Source: Chlamydiia bacterium (GTDB taxonomy: Bacteria; Chlamydiota; Chlamydiia; Chlamydiales; 2-12-FULL-49-11). From it: a stretch of DNA of 50,841 nucleotides. Numbering within the stretch: the stretch's first letter is position 1; every line of letters starts with the position of its first letter. A model generated the notes under the pieces. The model did no database searches, was not told the DNA's origin, and saw only the letters and a program-made list of their open reading frames with translations. The translations under genes and the position numbers were made by a program. Location: the NCBI GenBank assembly GCA_044359535.1, contig JBIKLZ010000004.1, positions 1-50,841 on the forward strand, read 5' to 3'. Positions 37,995-46,796 of this stretch are shown in pieces.

Positions 37995-38898
37995 GATCGA
38001 CCTGATCGGTAGGAATCATTTCTAAAGAAGGCTCTTTTTCAACCTCATCCCCTTTGCGTTCAAATACAATAAGATTGACAGCCCCCCCAAGGAGGATTAA
38101 AAGGGCTCCAATATAAAAATGGATCGTTGGAGAAAAGGCAAAAAACCCCTTTGCAAGTAGAAAATGAAAAAAGGCAAAAGAAAAATTATAGGGGGCAAGT
38201 TCAGCTGCTGAACACATTTTATAGGCCGTAAAAAGTAAGGCTTGAGCTAGAAGGGTTAAAAATGCAGCAACAATACAAAAAAAACATTGTCTAGATGTAG
38301 GCATCTGAAAGACCCTTAAAATAAATGGGAGCATTATAAAAAGATTTATAGAAAAAAATGTATATAAATAGGTTGAAACATTTTCAATTTCAGAAATTTT
38401 TTGCATAAGAATCATAGAAACAGCAAATAAAAGGCTTGCCAAGGTTGCAAATAAAATTCCAAAATTCCACAGGCTCCCAATATTTGCAAAAAGAATGGTC
38501 CATACCCCAATAATTCCAAAAACAAGGGCCACCCATTGAGTGATCCCCACCTTTTCTCCTAAAAACAACCAGGCAATTAAAACAATAAATAAGGGAAAAC
38601 TATTGGTTAATACCCCCACCTCTGCAAATGAGGCATAGCCTAAAGCTGAATAATAGCAAAATGAATACAATACCCCACTGATAGATCGAAAAAGAATCCA
38701 TTTTGGCTTTTTGGGAAGCTCCAGTTTTTTTGTAAAAATCGCTCTAAGGAGGAGAACAAGGAGAATCACACTGTTTTGAACCCCTACTGCTACAATTAAA
38801 GGAAGCCCTTCCCCTATCAATGAATACATTAAAAAACTTATGATACTTAATAAAAAATAGGCAGCAACAACCAACATTGCTCCAAAAGCTTGCATCAT
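37984..38898 (-). CDS. DMT/EamA family transporter
   Basis: About 10 TM segments in two repeats; P..I..IAW.FLGEKV; GA.LI..GG. GGAGG SD upstream. Confidence 0.9.
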   Translation of the reverse strand: MMQAFGAMLVVAAYFLLSIISFLMYSLIGEGLPLIVAVGVQNSVILLVLLLRAIFTKKLELPKKPKWILFRSISGVLYSFCYYSALGYASFAEVGVLTNSFPLFIVLIAWLFLGEKVGITQWVALVFGIIGVWTILFANIGSLWNFGILFATLASLLFAVSMILMQKISEIENVSTYLYTFFSINLFIMLPFILRVFQMPTSRQCFFCIVAAFLTLLAQALLFTAYKMCSAAELAPYNFSFAFFHFLLAKGFFAFSPTIHFYIGALLILLGGAVNLIVFERKGDEVEKEPSLEMIPTDQVDLIE

Positions 38899-38970
38899 CT
38901 CCTCCCATCTAACAACTGCGTTTCAGTCGATTAAAGATAATATCTTCTATATAATATAATAAGATTAATT

Positions 38971-39705
38971 ATGGAATACTTATTTAATTATACGCAAGAA
39001 TTAACAAATAAAATCCTATCAAACTGTGAGGATATAGTTGTTATTCAGAGGATTTTAACAGAACGCAAGAGTTCTGTTAAAGGAGAAGAAAAACTTAAAA
39101 TGGTAGAAAGGGAGATTAAAAAGCAGCTTACCTTTTTACGGATTTTAGAGCATATTTCGTACCTTGAAGAGCTCAAAAATGACATTATAAGGGCAATAGA
39201 AAGCCTTGATGCCTTTTTAGAGAAAAAAAGCTACACAGATAAAGAAAGGAAAAAAATTGCCTATCAATTAAAACCGATAGCAGTCCCTTTTTTAGATGGG
39301 GAAGAAAAAAAAGTTGCCACCCTTTCTCTTCAGGTTCAATGTATCGGAATGCTTGAGGAGACGTTAAAAATTGTAGAAGAGATTGTTTTGTCCCTTTATG
39401 GTCTTTTACCCCCTAAAAAGAATCTTGAAGAAGAGCTTGTTTGTTCTGTAGAAAGGCTATTTACCCTAAAGCTTGAAGATTTGTCCAATGATGAAAAAAA
39501 GCTTTTAGAACAATTTTTTACTTTTATTCAAGAAGCGTTTAAGGATAAAGGGCTACAGGGGTGGGAGCAAGCTTATATTCACTGCACAGAAAAGCTTAAT
39601 GCATTAAAAATTCTTAATGGGTTAGAGCCCTCAAGTTATTTAGAAATCACCTCAGAAGAAGTAGAAGAGTCTAAGGACGAAGAAGATGAAGAGGAGGAGG
39701 ATTAA
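38971..39705 (+). CDS. Hypothetical coiled-coil protein with poly-acidic tail
   Basis: 244-aa ORF ending SEEVEESKDEEDEEEED. Confidence 0.7.
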   Translation: MEYLFNYTQELTNKILSNCEDIVVIQRILTERKSSVKGEEKLKMVEREIKKQLTFLRILEHISYLEELKNDIIRAIESLDAFLEKKSYTDKERKKIAYQLKPIAVPFLDGEEKKVATLSLQVQCIGMLEETLKIVEEIVLSLYGLLPPKKNLEEELVCSVERLFTLKLEDLSNDEKKLLEQFFTFIQEAFKDKGLQGWEQAYIHCTEKLNALKILNGLEPSSYLEITSEEVEESKDEEDEEEED

Positions 39706-39706
39706 C

Positions 39707-40675
39707 TCAATGAGATTTGTGATCCTTTTGATTGGCTCTCATTAGATTAAATTCATTTTTACAAATATTGTACCAATATTTAAGATAAAAATCGTTCTCT
39801 TTATAATCAAGAATATTCCAAGTAGGGTCATAAATTGTTGCACTTCCTGTATTTGGAGGTTTTACAATAATTTTAGTAGGGCTTGTATTTAAATAGCAGG
39901 CAAAGACAGAAAACGAAGAGTTTGGAATAATCATTGACTCCATCATAGACATGAGGTAAAAATCTTCAATTAAAGTTGAATTCTCTTGATAAATAAATTT
40001 TAATTTAAATAATGATAATAATTTTTTTGCCACCTCTATATTGTCTGAAAAAACAATAAAAGTAGTGTTTTTTGGAAATAGTTTCATTGCTCTATAATAA
40101 TAGAGTGGATGGGTACCCCAATATTTAAAAAAATGTTCTGGATAAAACTCTTCATCCTCATAAGGGGAGACAAATGTTCTTAAATGAATACCTACATAGG
40201 ACGAATTTTTACTTAGATACTTTCCATACTTTTTCTTTAGACTTAGAGTGATCTCCTCTGTGGGTTTAAATAAATCGATTATAATGTTTCTATATTTCGA
40301 AAAATAGTAGTCTGAATTAAAAAATCCTTTAAGGTTTATCGACTCCTTTAAAATGTTTGAGGGTAATTGAAGGGTATCATGCACAAATTCACTCTTTGGC
40401 TTTTTTAAATCATAGTCTGGAAATCGATCAAATATGACAGGATATCTTTTTTTCAATGTTGGGTCCAAAGCAAAGGCGCAACCATTATCTAAAGCATAAG
40501 CCACTCCAGTAGCAGCGATAAAACACCCATTTCCAAGTTGCGTTGGGGTGGTGTTTGTAACAAAAAGATCGCCCTTTTCAATGACTTTTGGAAAAAGGTC
40601 ATCGTACACCTCATTAAGGGAAGGTTCAGACATCAAAAAAAAGAGGTAAAAAAAGATACTAATGAAATATTTCAT
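39707..40675 (-). CDS. GT11 alpha-1,2-fucosyltransferase-like protein, paralog 1
   Basis: QLGNGCF, YVGIHLR, FIVFSDN, EDFYLMS...IIPNSSFS. Hydrophobic N-terminus. Confidence 0.8.
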   Translation of the reverse strand: MKYFISIFFYLFFLMSEPSLNEVYDDLFPKVIEKGDLFVTNTTPTQLGNGCFIAATGVAYALDNGCAFALDPTLKKRYPVIFDRFPDYDLKKPKSEFVHDTLQLPSNILKESINLKGFFNSDYYFSKYRNIIIDLFKPTEEITLSLKKKYGKYLSKNSSYVGIHLRTFVSPYEDEEFYPEHFFKYWGTHPLYYYRAMKLFPKNTTFIVFSDNIEVAKKLLSLFKLKFIYQENSTLIEDFYLMSMMESMIIPNSSFSVFACYLNTSPTKIIVKPPNTGSATIYDPTWNILDYKENDFYLKYWYNICKNEFNLMRANQKDHKSH

Positions 40676-40686
40676 ACTCTACCTCA

Positions 40687-41631
40687 TTAAAGGTTAAAAC
40701 CACATTCTGAATTCATTCTATAAATGATATACCATCTATTTATTCCTTTAGAACGGTACTTATCATAATTAACTATTTTCCAACTTTCATCAAATATTGC
40801 GACACTCCCCCCATTTGGGGGTTTTACAACCGTTTTATTAGGATTTGCATTCAAACAGCAAGCAAAAGCTGAAAAGGATGAATTAGGGATAATCATCGAA
40901 TGCATCATTGAAATGAGATAAAAATCTTCATAGAGATTGTCACTTTCGATAAATATAAATGATCCCTTAAATGGGGAAAAAAATTTTTTAGCTACCGCTG
41001 GGTTGTCAGAAATAACTACAAATATCGTATCGTCTGAAAATAATTTCATCGCCTCTAAATAATACTCTGGTGAAATATCCCACATTCTAAAATAAGAAAT
41101 GGGATAAATCCTCTCTTCATTTGGAGTTACAAAGGTTCTTAAATGGATCCCTACATAATTTTTACCCTCTTGTAAATATTCCCCATACTTTCTCTTAAGA
41201 GTGTTAACCATCTCATTTGAAGGCTTAAACATCTCTCTAATGATCTCTTTATACTTTGCAAAGTAAAAATCTGAATTACACCACCCTACGATGTTTGTAG
41301 ACTCCTTTATAGGCTTATAATAAAAACGGTTTGTTGCATGACGTAATTCAGATGAGGGTTTTTCTACTTCATACAGAGGAAATCGATCAAAGACAATAGG
41401 ATATCTATTTTTGACAACCGGATCCAAAGCAAAGTAATAGCCATTTTCAAGAGCATAACCTATTCCAGCAGCCGCCATAAAGCATGCATTGCCCAGTTGG
41501 GTTAAAGTCGTGGTTGTAAAGAATTTATCCTCTTTTTCAATAGTTTCAGGAAAAAGTTTGTCATAGATTTCTTGGGAAAAAGGTTCGGCAAACAGAGTAA
41601 ACAAAAAGCACAAAGAATATAAAAGTTTCAT
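40687..41631 (-). CDS. GT11 alpha-1,2-fucosyltransferase-like protein, paralog 2
   Basis: QLGNACF, YVGIHLR, FVVISDN, EDFYLIS...IIPNSSFS. Start at 41631 (GGAG SD) or 41643. Confidence 0.8.
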   Translation of the reverse strand: MKLLYSLCFLFTLFAEPFSQEIYDKLFPETIEKEDKFFTTTTLTQLGNACFMAAAGIGYALENGYYFALDPVVKNRYPIVFDRFPLYEVEKPSSELRHATNRFYYKPIKESTNIVGWCNSDFYFAKYKEIIREMFKPSNEMVNTLKRKYGEYLQEGKNYVGIHLRTFVTPNEERIYPISYFRMWDISPEYYLEAMKLFSDDTIFVVISDNPAVAKKFFSPFKGSFIFIESDNLYEDFYLISMMHSMIIPNSSFSAFACCLNANPNKTVVKPPNGGSVAIFDESWKIVNYDKYRSKGINRWYIIYRMNSECGFNL

Positions 41632-41648
41632 CAAAATCTCCATAAAAA

Positions 41649-41677
41649 ATTTTATGGAACTTGTTGTTTATTTTCAA
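41649..41677 (-). promoter_or_regulatory. Putative promoter for the GT11 pair
   Basis: Minus strand TTGAAA (41677-41672), 17 bp, TAAAAT (41654-41649). Confidence 0.6.
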
Positions 41678-41680
41678 GAA

Positions 41681-43039
41681 CTAAAAAGGTAAAATATCAC
41701 TTTTTTTTCCAATGATGACAACTATCAAAAGAGGGACCAGATATTTTATAAAGAAATACCAAAGATGAAAAAGCTTTGTGCTTGAATTTCCCTGTTGAAA
41801 CTCCCCTTTAAGAAGCTCTTTTTTAACTACCCACCCTAAAAAGATAGAGGTGATAAGACCCGATAATGGAATAATCCATACAGAAATAACTTGGTCTATT
41901 GTCTCTAAAAAAGCAAGGCCATAAACGTGCTCCCATGCTGGAAAAATCCCGGCGGATGCTGAATATGCAGAGGGTATTCCAAAAATAAAAGTAGCTGCAC
42001 AGACAATCATCACAGCTTTTTTTCTTTCTATAGGGTGGTGCTCCATCATATTTACAGCTACCACTTCGACAAAAGCAATAGCCGAAGTTAGCGCTGCAAA
42101 GACAAAAAGACTAAAAAAGGCCACCCCTATCACCTTACCACCGGCAAGTTGCGCAAATAAAAAGGGCAAGGATTGAAAAACCATCCCTGTTCCCATGGAA
42201 GGATCAAGGCCAAAGGTAAAGATCACTGGAAATATAAGAAAGGCAGAAAGGGTTGCCACAACAATCACCCCGATTGAGACAAAACTACACATTAAGGGGA
42301 CGTTTTCGCTCCTTTTCATGTACGATCCATAAGAAATCATAATGCCCTGACCTAGACTGAGTGTAAAAAAGGCAAGACCCAATGCTTCTAAAAGTGATGA
42401 AACTGTAAATGATTCCCCTTCTCCATAGATTAAATACTCTGCTGCTTTAAAAAATCCAGAAAGGGACATATTATATAATACAAGGAGAGATAAAATGACA
42501 AAAAGCAACCGCATCATTATTTTTGATCCATACTCAATCCCCTTCTTAACCCCTGAAAAAACAATACCCATCGTTATCAGAGTAAAGATTCCATGCCATA
42601 AAAGTGAAATACTTCCTGATTGAGAAAGTTGAATAAACACGTTGCTGACCCCTTGAGCATCAAGCCCTGTACTAAAGTCGCAAAGGGTCATTACAATATA
42701 ACTTAATCCCCACCCTGCAATCACTGAGTAAAAACTCATGATAAAAAATGAGGCAATGACCCCAAGAATCCCCCCCACTTTCCACCCCTTTCCCTTATCA
42801 AGGACTTCAAATGCAGCAACGGCCCCTTTTTGTGTAAAGCGACCAAGGAGGATCTCTCCAATAAAAAGGGGCAGTCCAATTAAAAGGATAGATAAGATGT
42901 AGGCTAAAACAAATAGACCCCCTCCATTTTTCCCCACAGTAAAGGGAAACTTCCACAACACCCCAAGACCAACAGCTGACCCAATAGCGGCAAATAAAAA
43001 TCCTAAATGGGAACTAAAATGCTCTTTTTTCTCTTTCAC
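41681..43039 (-). CDS. Sodium-dependent transporter, NSS/SLC6 family (paralog 1)
   Basis: GSAVGLGVLWKFP...GKNGGG.F, GVKKGIE, FFTLSLG, ALTS. GTG start with AGGAG SD. Confidence 0.95.
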   Translation of the reverse strand: MKEKKEHFSSHLGFLFAAIGSAVGLGVLWKFPFTVGKNGGGLFVLAYILSILLIGLPLFIGEILLGRFTQKGAVAAFEVLDKGKGWKVGGILGVIASFFIMSFYSVIAGWGLSYIVMTLCDFSTGLDAQGVSNVFIQLSQSGSISLLWHGIFTLITMGIVFSGVKKGIEYGSKIMMRLLFVILSLLVLYNMSLSGFFKAAEYLIYGEGESFTVSSLLEALGLAFFTLSLGQGIMISYGSYMKRSENVPLMCSFVSIGVIVVATLSAFLIFPVIFTFGLDPSMGTGMVFQSLPFLFAQLAGGKVIGVAFFSLFVFAALTSAIAFVEVVAVNMMEHHPIERKKAVMIVCAATFIFGIPSAYSASAGIFPAWEHVYGLAFLETIDQVISVWIIPLSGLITSIFLGWVVKKELLKGEFQQGNSSTKLFHLWYFFIKYLVPLLIVVIIGKKSDILPF

Positions 43040-43048
43040 AAAACTCCT

Positions 43049-44428
43049 TTAAAAAAATGCCGCAATATTAACTACACCCGTTGTTTGTAAAATGATCAAA
43101 AAAATCACAAAGGGAACGATATAACTTATAGCAAAATGCCATAGATGAAATATCCATAAAAAGGTCCCTCCATCACAAAATTCTTTCTTTAAAATCCCTT
43201 TTTTTAATCTAAATCCAATAAAAAGGGCGGTAAATAATCCAGCAAACGGGATACACCAAACACAGGCCAACTGATCTATGGTGTTTAAAAAATCAGTCCC
43301 AAAAATCTCTTGCCATTGATGAAAAACACCCCCTGTTAAAGAAAGGGCACTTGGAATTCCAAATAAAAAGGTGGCAATACCTACGCCAAATGTCGCTTTA
43401 GTTCTACTTAACCCCCACCTTTCCATTAAATTTCCCACAACCACTTCAATTAATGGCACCGCAGAGGTCAGCGCTGTAAAAACAAATAAGGAGAAAAAGA
43501 GGGTGGAAATAACCATTGAACCAGGAAGTTGGGCAAATAAAATAGGAAGGGTTTTAAAAACAAGTCCTGGACCTGAGCCAACATCCAAACCAAAAGTAAA
43601 CACTACAGGAAAAATCATCAAAGAAGCTAAAATAGCCACTACTACCACAGAAAAAGCGATCACAAGGGACATCTTTACAATATTGCTCCCCTTTTCCATA
43701 TAACTTCCATAAGAAATCATAATCCCTTGGCCCACACTTAAAGTCATAAAGGCAAGACCTAAGGCCTCAAGAACACTAAGGACATTAAAGGACCCACTTT
43801 TTGGAATAAAAACAAATTCTACCGCTTTTGAAAAGCCACTTAAGGTAGTACTAAATAAAAACAGTCCAAATAATAGAAGAAAAAGCCATTTAACTAGGAT
43901 TTTCGACCAATACTCAATCCCTTTTTTAACCCCACCAAGGACAATTCCCATTGTAATGAGTGTAAAAATTCCATGCCATAAAATATTAATACTTCCACTT
44001 TTTGAAAGGACATCAAAAATCATCCCCACTTGCTCAACACTTCTTCCTGAGTAAAACCCAGCAAGGGAGGTCAAAATGTAACTTAACCCCCATCCAGCAA
44101 TCACAGAGTAGTAACTCATAATTAAAAAGGAGGCCCCAACCCCTAAATACCCCCCAATCACAAGTGTGCTTTGTGGGTGAACTCCTTTAGAGAAGGCTCC
44201 AATGGCTGAACTTTGAGAAAATCGCCCTAAAAGAATTTCCCCGATAAGCAGTGGAACCCCAGCAAAAAAGATGCAAAAAAAATAGGTAAGCAAAAATAGC
44301 CCCCCGCCATTTTGCCCTATAATATAAGGAAACTTCCACAATAGCCCAAGACCTACAGCTGAACCAATAGCAGCAAGGATAAAACCAATCTGTGACCCAA
44401 AATGTTCCCGTTTTTTTTCAGTGGTCAT
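43049..44428 (-). CDS. Sodium-dependent transporter, NSS/SLC6 family (paralog 2)
   Basis: GSAVGLGLLWKFP, GVKKGIE, FMTLSVG, GPGLVF, ALTS. Confidence 0.95.
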   Translation of the reverse strand: MTTEKKREHFGSQIGFILAAIGSAVGLGLLWKFPYIIGQNGGGLFLLTYFFCIFFAGVPLLIGEILLGRFSQSSAIGAFSKGVHPQSTLVIGGYLGVGASFLIMSYYSVIAGWGLSYILTSLAGFYSGRSVEQVGMIFDVLSKSGSINILWHGIFTLITMGIVLGGVKKGIEYWSKILVKWLFLLLFGLFLFSTTLSGFSKAVEFVFIPKSGSFNVLSVLEALGLAFMTLSVGQGIMISYGSYMEKGSNIVKMSLVIAFSVVVVAILASLMIFPVVFTFGLDVGSGPGLVFKTLPILFAQLPGSMVISTLFFSLFVFTALTSAVPLIEVVVGNLMERWGLSRTKATFGVGIATFLFGIPSALSLTGGVFHQWQEIFGTDFLNTIDQLACVWCIPFAGLFTALFIGFRLKKGILKKEFCDGGTFLWIFHLWHFAISYIVPFVIFLIILQTTGVVNIAAFF

Positions 44429-44453
44429 TTCAATTCCTAAAATAATTCGGAAA

Positions 44454-44482
44454 ACGTTAACAAAAAAAGGAAAATTTGTAAA
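44454..44482 (-). promoter_or_regulatory. Putative promoter for NSS paralogs 2 and 1
   Basis: Minus strand TTTACA (44482-44477), 17 bp, TAACGT (44459-44454), with a TG extended -10. Confidence 0.5.
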
Positions 44483-44516
44483 GAAAAAGGAAAAAGGCTG
44501 TTTATTAGAATTTTAC

Positions 44517-44545
44517 TTTACATAAAAAAAATTTATCCTTAAACT
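44517..44545 (+). promoter_or_regulatory. Putative promoter for the IncA-like gene, predicting a leaderless transcript
   Basis: TTTACA, 17 bp, TAAACT, then 7 nt to the ATG at 44553. No SD. Confidence 0.6.
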
Positions 44546-44552
44546 TTTTCTT

Positions 44553-45326
44553 ATGTTAAAACCTACCAATTCAACTATTGAAGAAGCTCCAATCATCACA
44601 TTTTGGAAAAAACTCCCTGATGTTCGAAACCTTTTTAATTTCCTTAAGGGCTACCCTTGCTTTAATAACCTATCTTCAAAACTTGATGAAATAGGCTTAT
44701 ACACAATTATCATCTCCTTGGCCCTTTTAATTATTGTTAGTATTATCCTCGCTTGTGTTTCAATAGCAATACTTACCCCCATTTTGATCCCTATTCAAAT
44801 CGGATCGGCAATCATTGCAGCCCTTGTTCTTTGCAGTTTTTCCGTTAGATACCTCATATTTAGACAAAAGGAAGAAAAACAAAAGCTATACATTCAACGG
44901 TTAAACGCTATTGACGCCCTAAACGCAAAACTTTTACTACAGATCAATCAATTAGCAGAACATACAACAGCTCTTAATATAAGCTCTCTGGAACATACTC
45001 AAGCAAATCAAATGCAGAAGGATCTCCTTGAAAAGCAAAACCTTTCTTTACAGAATCAAGAAAGTGCAATTGACACTCTAAAAAACATAGAAAGAGCATT
45101 CGAAGAAACATTAACCCAAGAAAGGGCCCTTATTGAAAACCTGAAAAAAGAGGTGATCGATTTTGAGACTTTAGTCAACGAGCTTAAACAAGCTCCTGAA
45201 AAATTTGAAGAGTGTCATAAAAAATTTAAAGCACTAGAGCCTGTTGTCCAAGCACTAGAAAATAGGGTTGAAGAATTGAAAAAAATAGAAGAGCGCATAA
45301 ACAAGCTCCTTGATAGGGCTTTTTAA
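44553..45326 (+). CDS. IncA-like inclusion membrane protein (bilobed hydrophobic domain plus long coiled coil)
   Basis: Hydrophobic stretch of about 55 aa (IGLYTIIISLALLIIVSIILACVSIAILTPILIPIQIGSAIIAALVLCSFSV), followed by about 150 aa of heptad-pattern helix. Confidence 0.8.
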   Translation: MLKPTNSTIEEAPIITFWKKLPDVRNLFNFLKGYPCFNNLSSKLDEIGLYTIIISLALLIIVSIILACVSIAILTPILIPIQIGSAIIAALVLCSFSVRYLIFRQKEEKQKLYIQRLNAIDALNAKLLLQINQLAEHTTALNISSLEHTQANQMQKDLLEKQNLSLQNQESAIDTLKNIERAFEETLTQERALIENLKKEVIDFETLVNELKQAPEKFEECHKKFKALEPVVQALENRVEELKKIEERINKLLDRAF

Positions 45327-45400
45327 TCTCTTCCTTAAAAATGGGATTGCTAATAATGATTCTATATGAAATAATTGTTCGAGAATTTAAGGAGAAATAG

Positions 45401-45970
45401 ATGGCAACAGTGGATGCAAATCATTTGAAAAAGGGGATGAAATTAGAAATTGATAACAACCCTTATAACGTCACTCAAGCAGATATTGTTAAGCCAGGAA
45501 AGGGTCAAGCCTTTACAAGAACTCGATTAAAGAACTTGCGAACAGGCCAGCAACTTGAAAAAACCTTTAAATCCTACGAAAAGCTTGAACTTGCAGATGT
45601 TAACGAAGCTGTCATGAGACTTATTTATGTAGATAGTGAAGGGGCTACATTTATGCACGATGAATCCTTTGAGCAAGTTTCCATCCCCTTTGATTTGATA
45701 GGGACTGACAAAGTGTGGCTTAAAGAAGAAATTTTGTATGCTATCATTTTCTATAAGGGAGAAGTTGTTGGGTTTGAACCCCCAAATTTCATGGAGTTAA
45801 AAATCACTCAAACCATTCCAGGAGAGAAGGGAAATACGGCTTCCGGAAGGGTTACAAAGCCAGCCACCCTTGAAACAGGGGCAGAGGTGGCTATCCCTAT
45901 TTTTGTATCTGAAGGAGAGATCATCCGCGTTGATACAAGGACTCATGAATATGTCTCAAGAATTCAATAA
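45401..45970 (+). CDS. efp: Elongation factor P
   Basis: VKPGKGQAF, KPATLETG, VPIFV..GE.IRVDTRT..YVSR. AGGAG SD. Confidence 0.97.
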   Translation: MATVDANHLKKGMKLEIDNNPYNVTQADIVKPGKGQAFTRTRLKNLRTGQQLEKTFKSYEKLELADVNEAVMRLIYVDSEGATFMHDESFEQVSIPFDLIGTDKVWLKEEILYAIIFYKGEVVGFEPPNFMELKITQTIPGEKGNTASGRVTKPATLETGAEVAIPIFVSEGEIIRVDTRTHEYVSRIQ

Positions 45971-46796
45971 GGTCAAATTTCGCTCTGAAGCTTTAGCAAA
46001 AACGCGCCATTTTTTTTCTCAAAGAGGTTTTTTAGAAGTTGATGTCCCCATCTGCAATAAAGGGGCAAGTATCGATGCCTATATCGATCTTTTCACCATT
46101 GAAAATGAGGGATATCTTCACTCCTCTCCAGAACTTCGAATGAAAGATCTTTTATCACAAGGTTCTGGAAATATCTATTTTTTAGGTCATGTTTTTAGAA
46201 AGGAAGAAAACGGTTCAAGACACAATTTTGAGTTCACCATGCTTGAATACTATAGAGTAGAAACCACAGAAGAGATCTTTCTCTCTGAATTTATTGATTA
46301 TATCTCCCTATTTTTAGGCAATAGACCGGTTGTCACCCTCTCTTTTGACGAAGCGATGAAAAGATACGCACCTAAAACCGTTCCAGAGGGGTATAGTGAT
46401 GAAGAAGTACGCCATTATATCCTTTCTCACTTTGTTGAACCTGCTTTAGGACGTGGAAACTACACCCTTTTAACCAACTTTCCTCCATCAGAGGCAAGTT
46501 TAGCTCAAACTGCAGTAGAAAATGGGGTTGAGGTGGCTAAAAGGTATGAACTTTTTGTTGATGGGGTTGAGCTTGCTAATGGTTTTTTTGAACTCTCTTG
46601 TAAAAAAACAGCCACAGAGCGCTTTTCTCAAGCCAATTTCAAACGTATTAAAATGGGTAAAGAGCCTTACCTTCCTGACACCACTTTTTTGAAGAACCTA
46701 TCCCTTCCAGAAAACACCTATGGGATAGCTGTAGGCTTTGATAGACTCTTAATGCTTACAACAAAAGCTTCAGATATCCATCAAGTGATCCTTTAA
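45951..46796 (+). CDS. epmA: EF-P lysine aminoacylase EpmA/GenX
   Basis: R.FF..RGFLEVD.P, YLHSSPE..MK.LL, VFRKEE.G.RHN.EFTMLEYY, RYELFVDGVELANGF, GIAVGFDRL. Overlaps the end of efp; start 45951 or 45945. Confidence 0.92.
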   Translation: MSQEFNKVKFRSEALAKTRHFFSQRGFLEVDVPICNKGASIDAYIDLFTIENEGYLHSSPELRMKDLLSQGSGNIYFLGHVFRKEENGSRHNFEFTMLEYYRVETTEEIFLSEFIDYISLFLGNRPVVTLSFDEAMKRYAPKTVPEGYSDEEVRHYILSHFVEPALGRGNYTLLTNFPPSEASLAQTAVENGVEVAKRYELFVDGVELANGFFELSCKKTATERFSQANFKRIKMGKEPYLPDTTFLKNLSLPENTYGIAVGFDRLLMLTTKASDIHQVIL

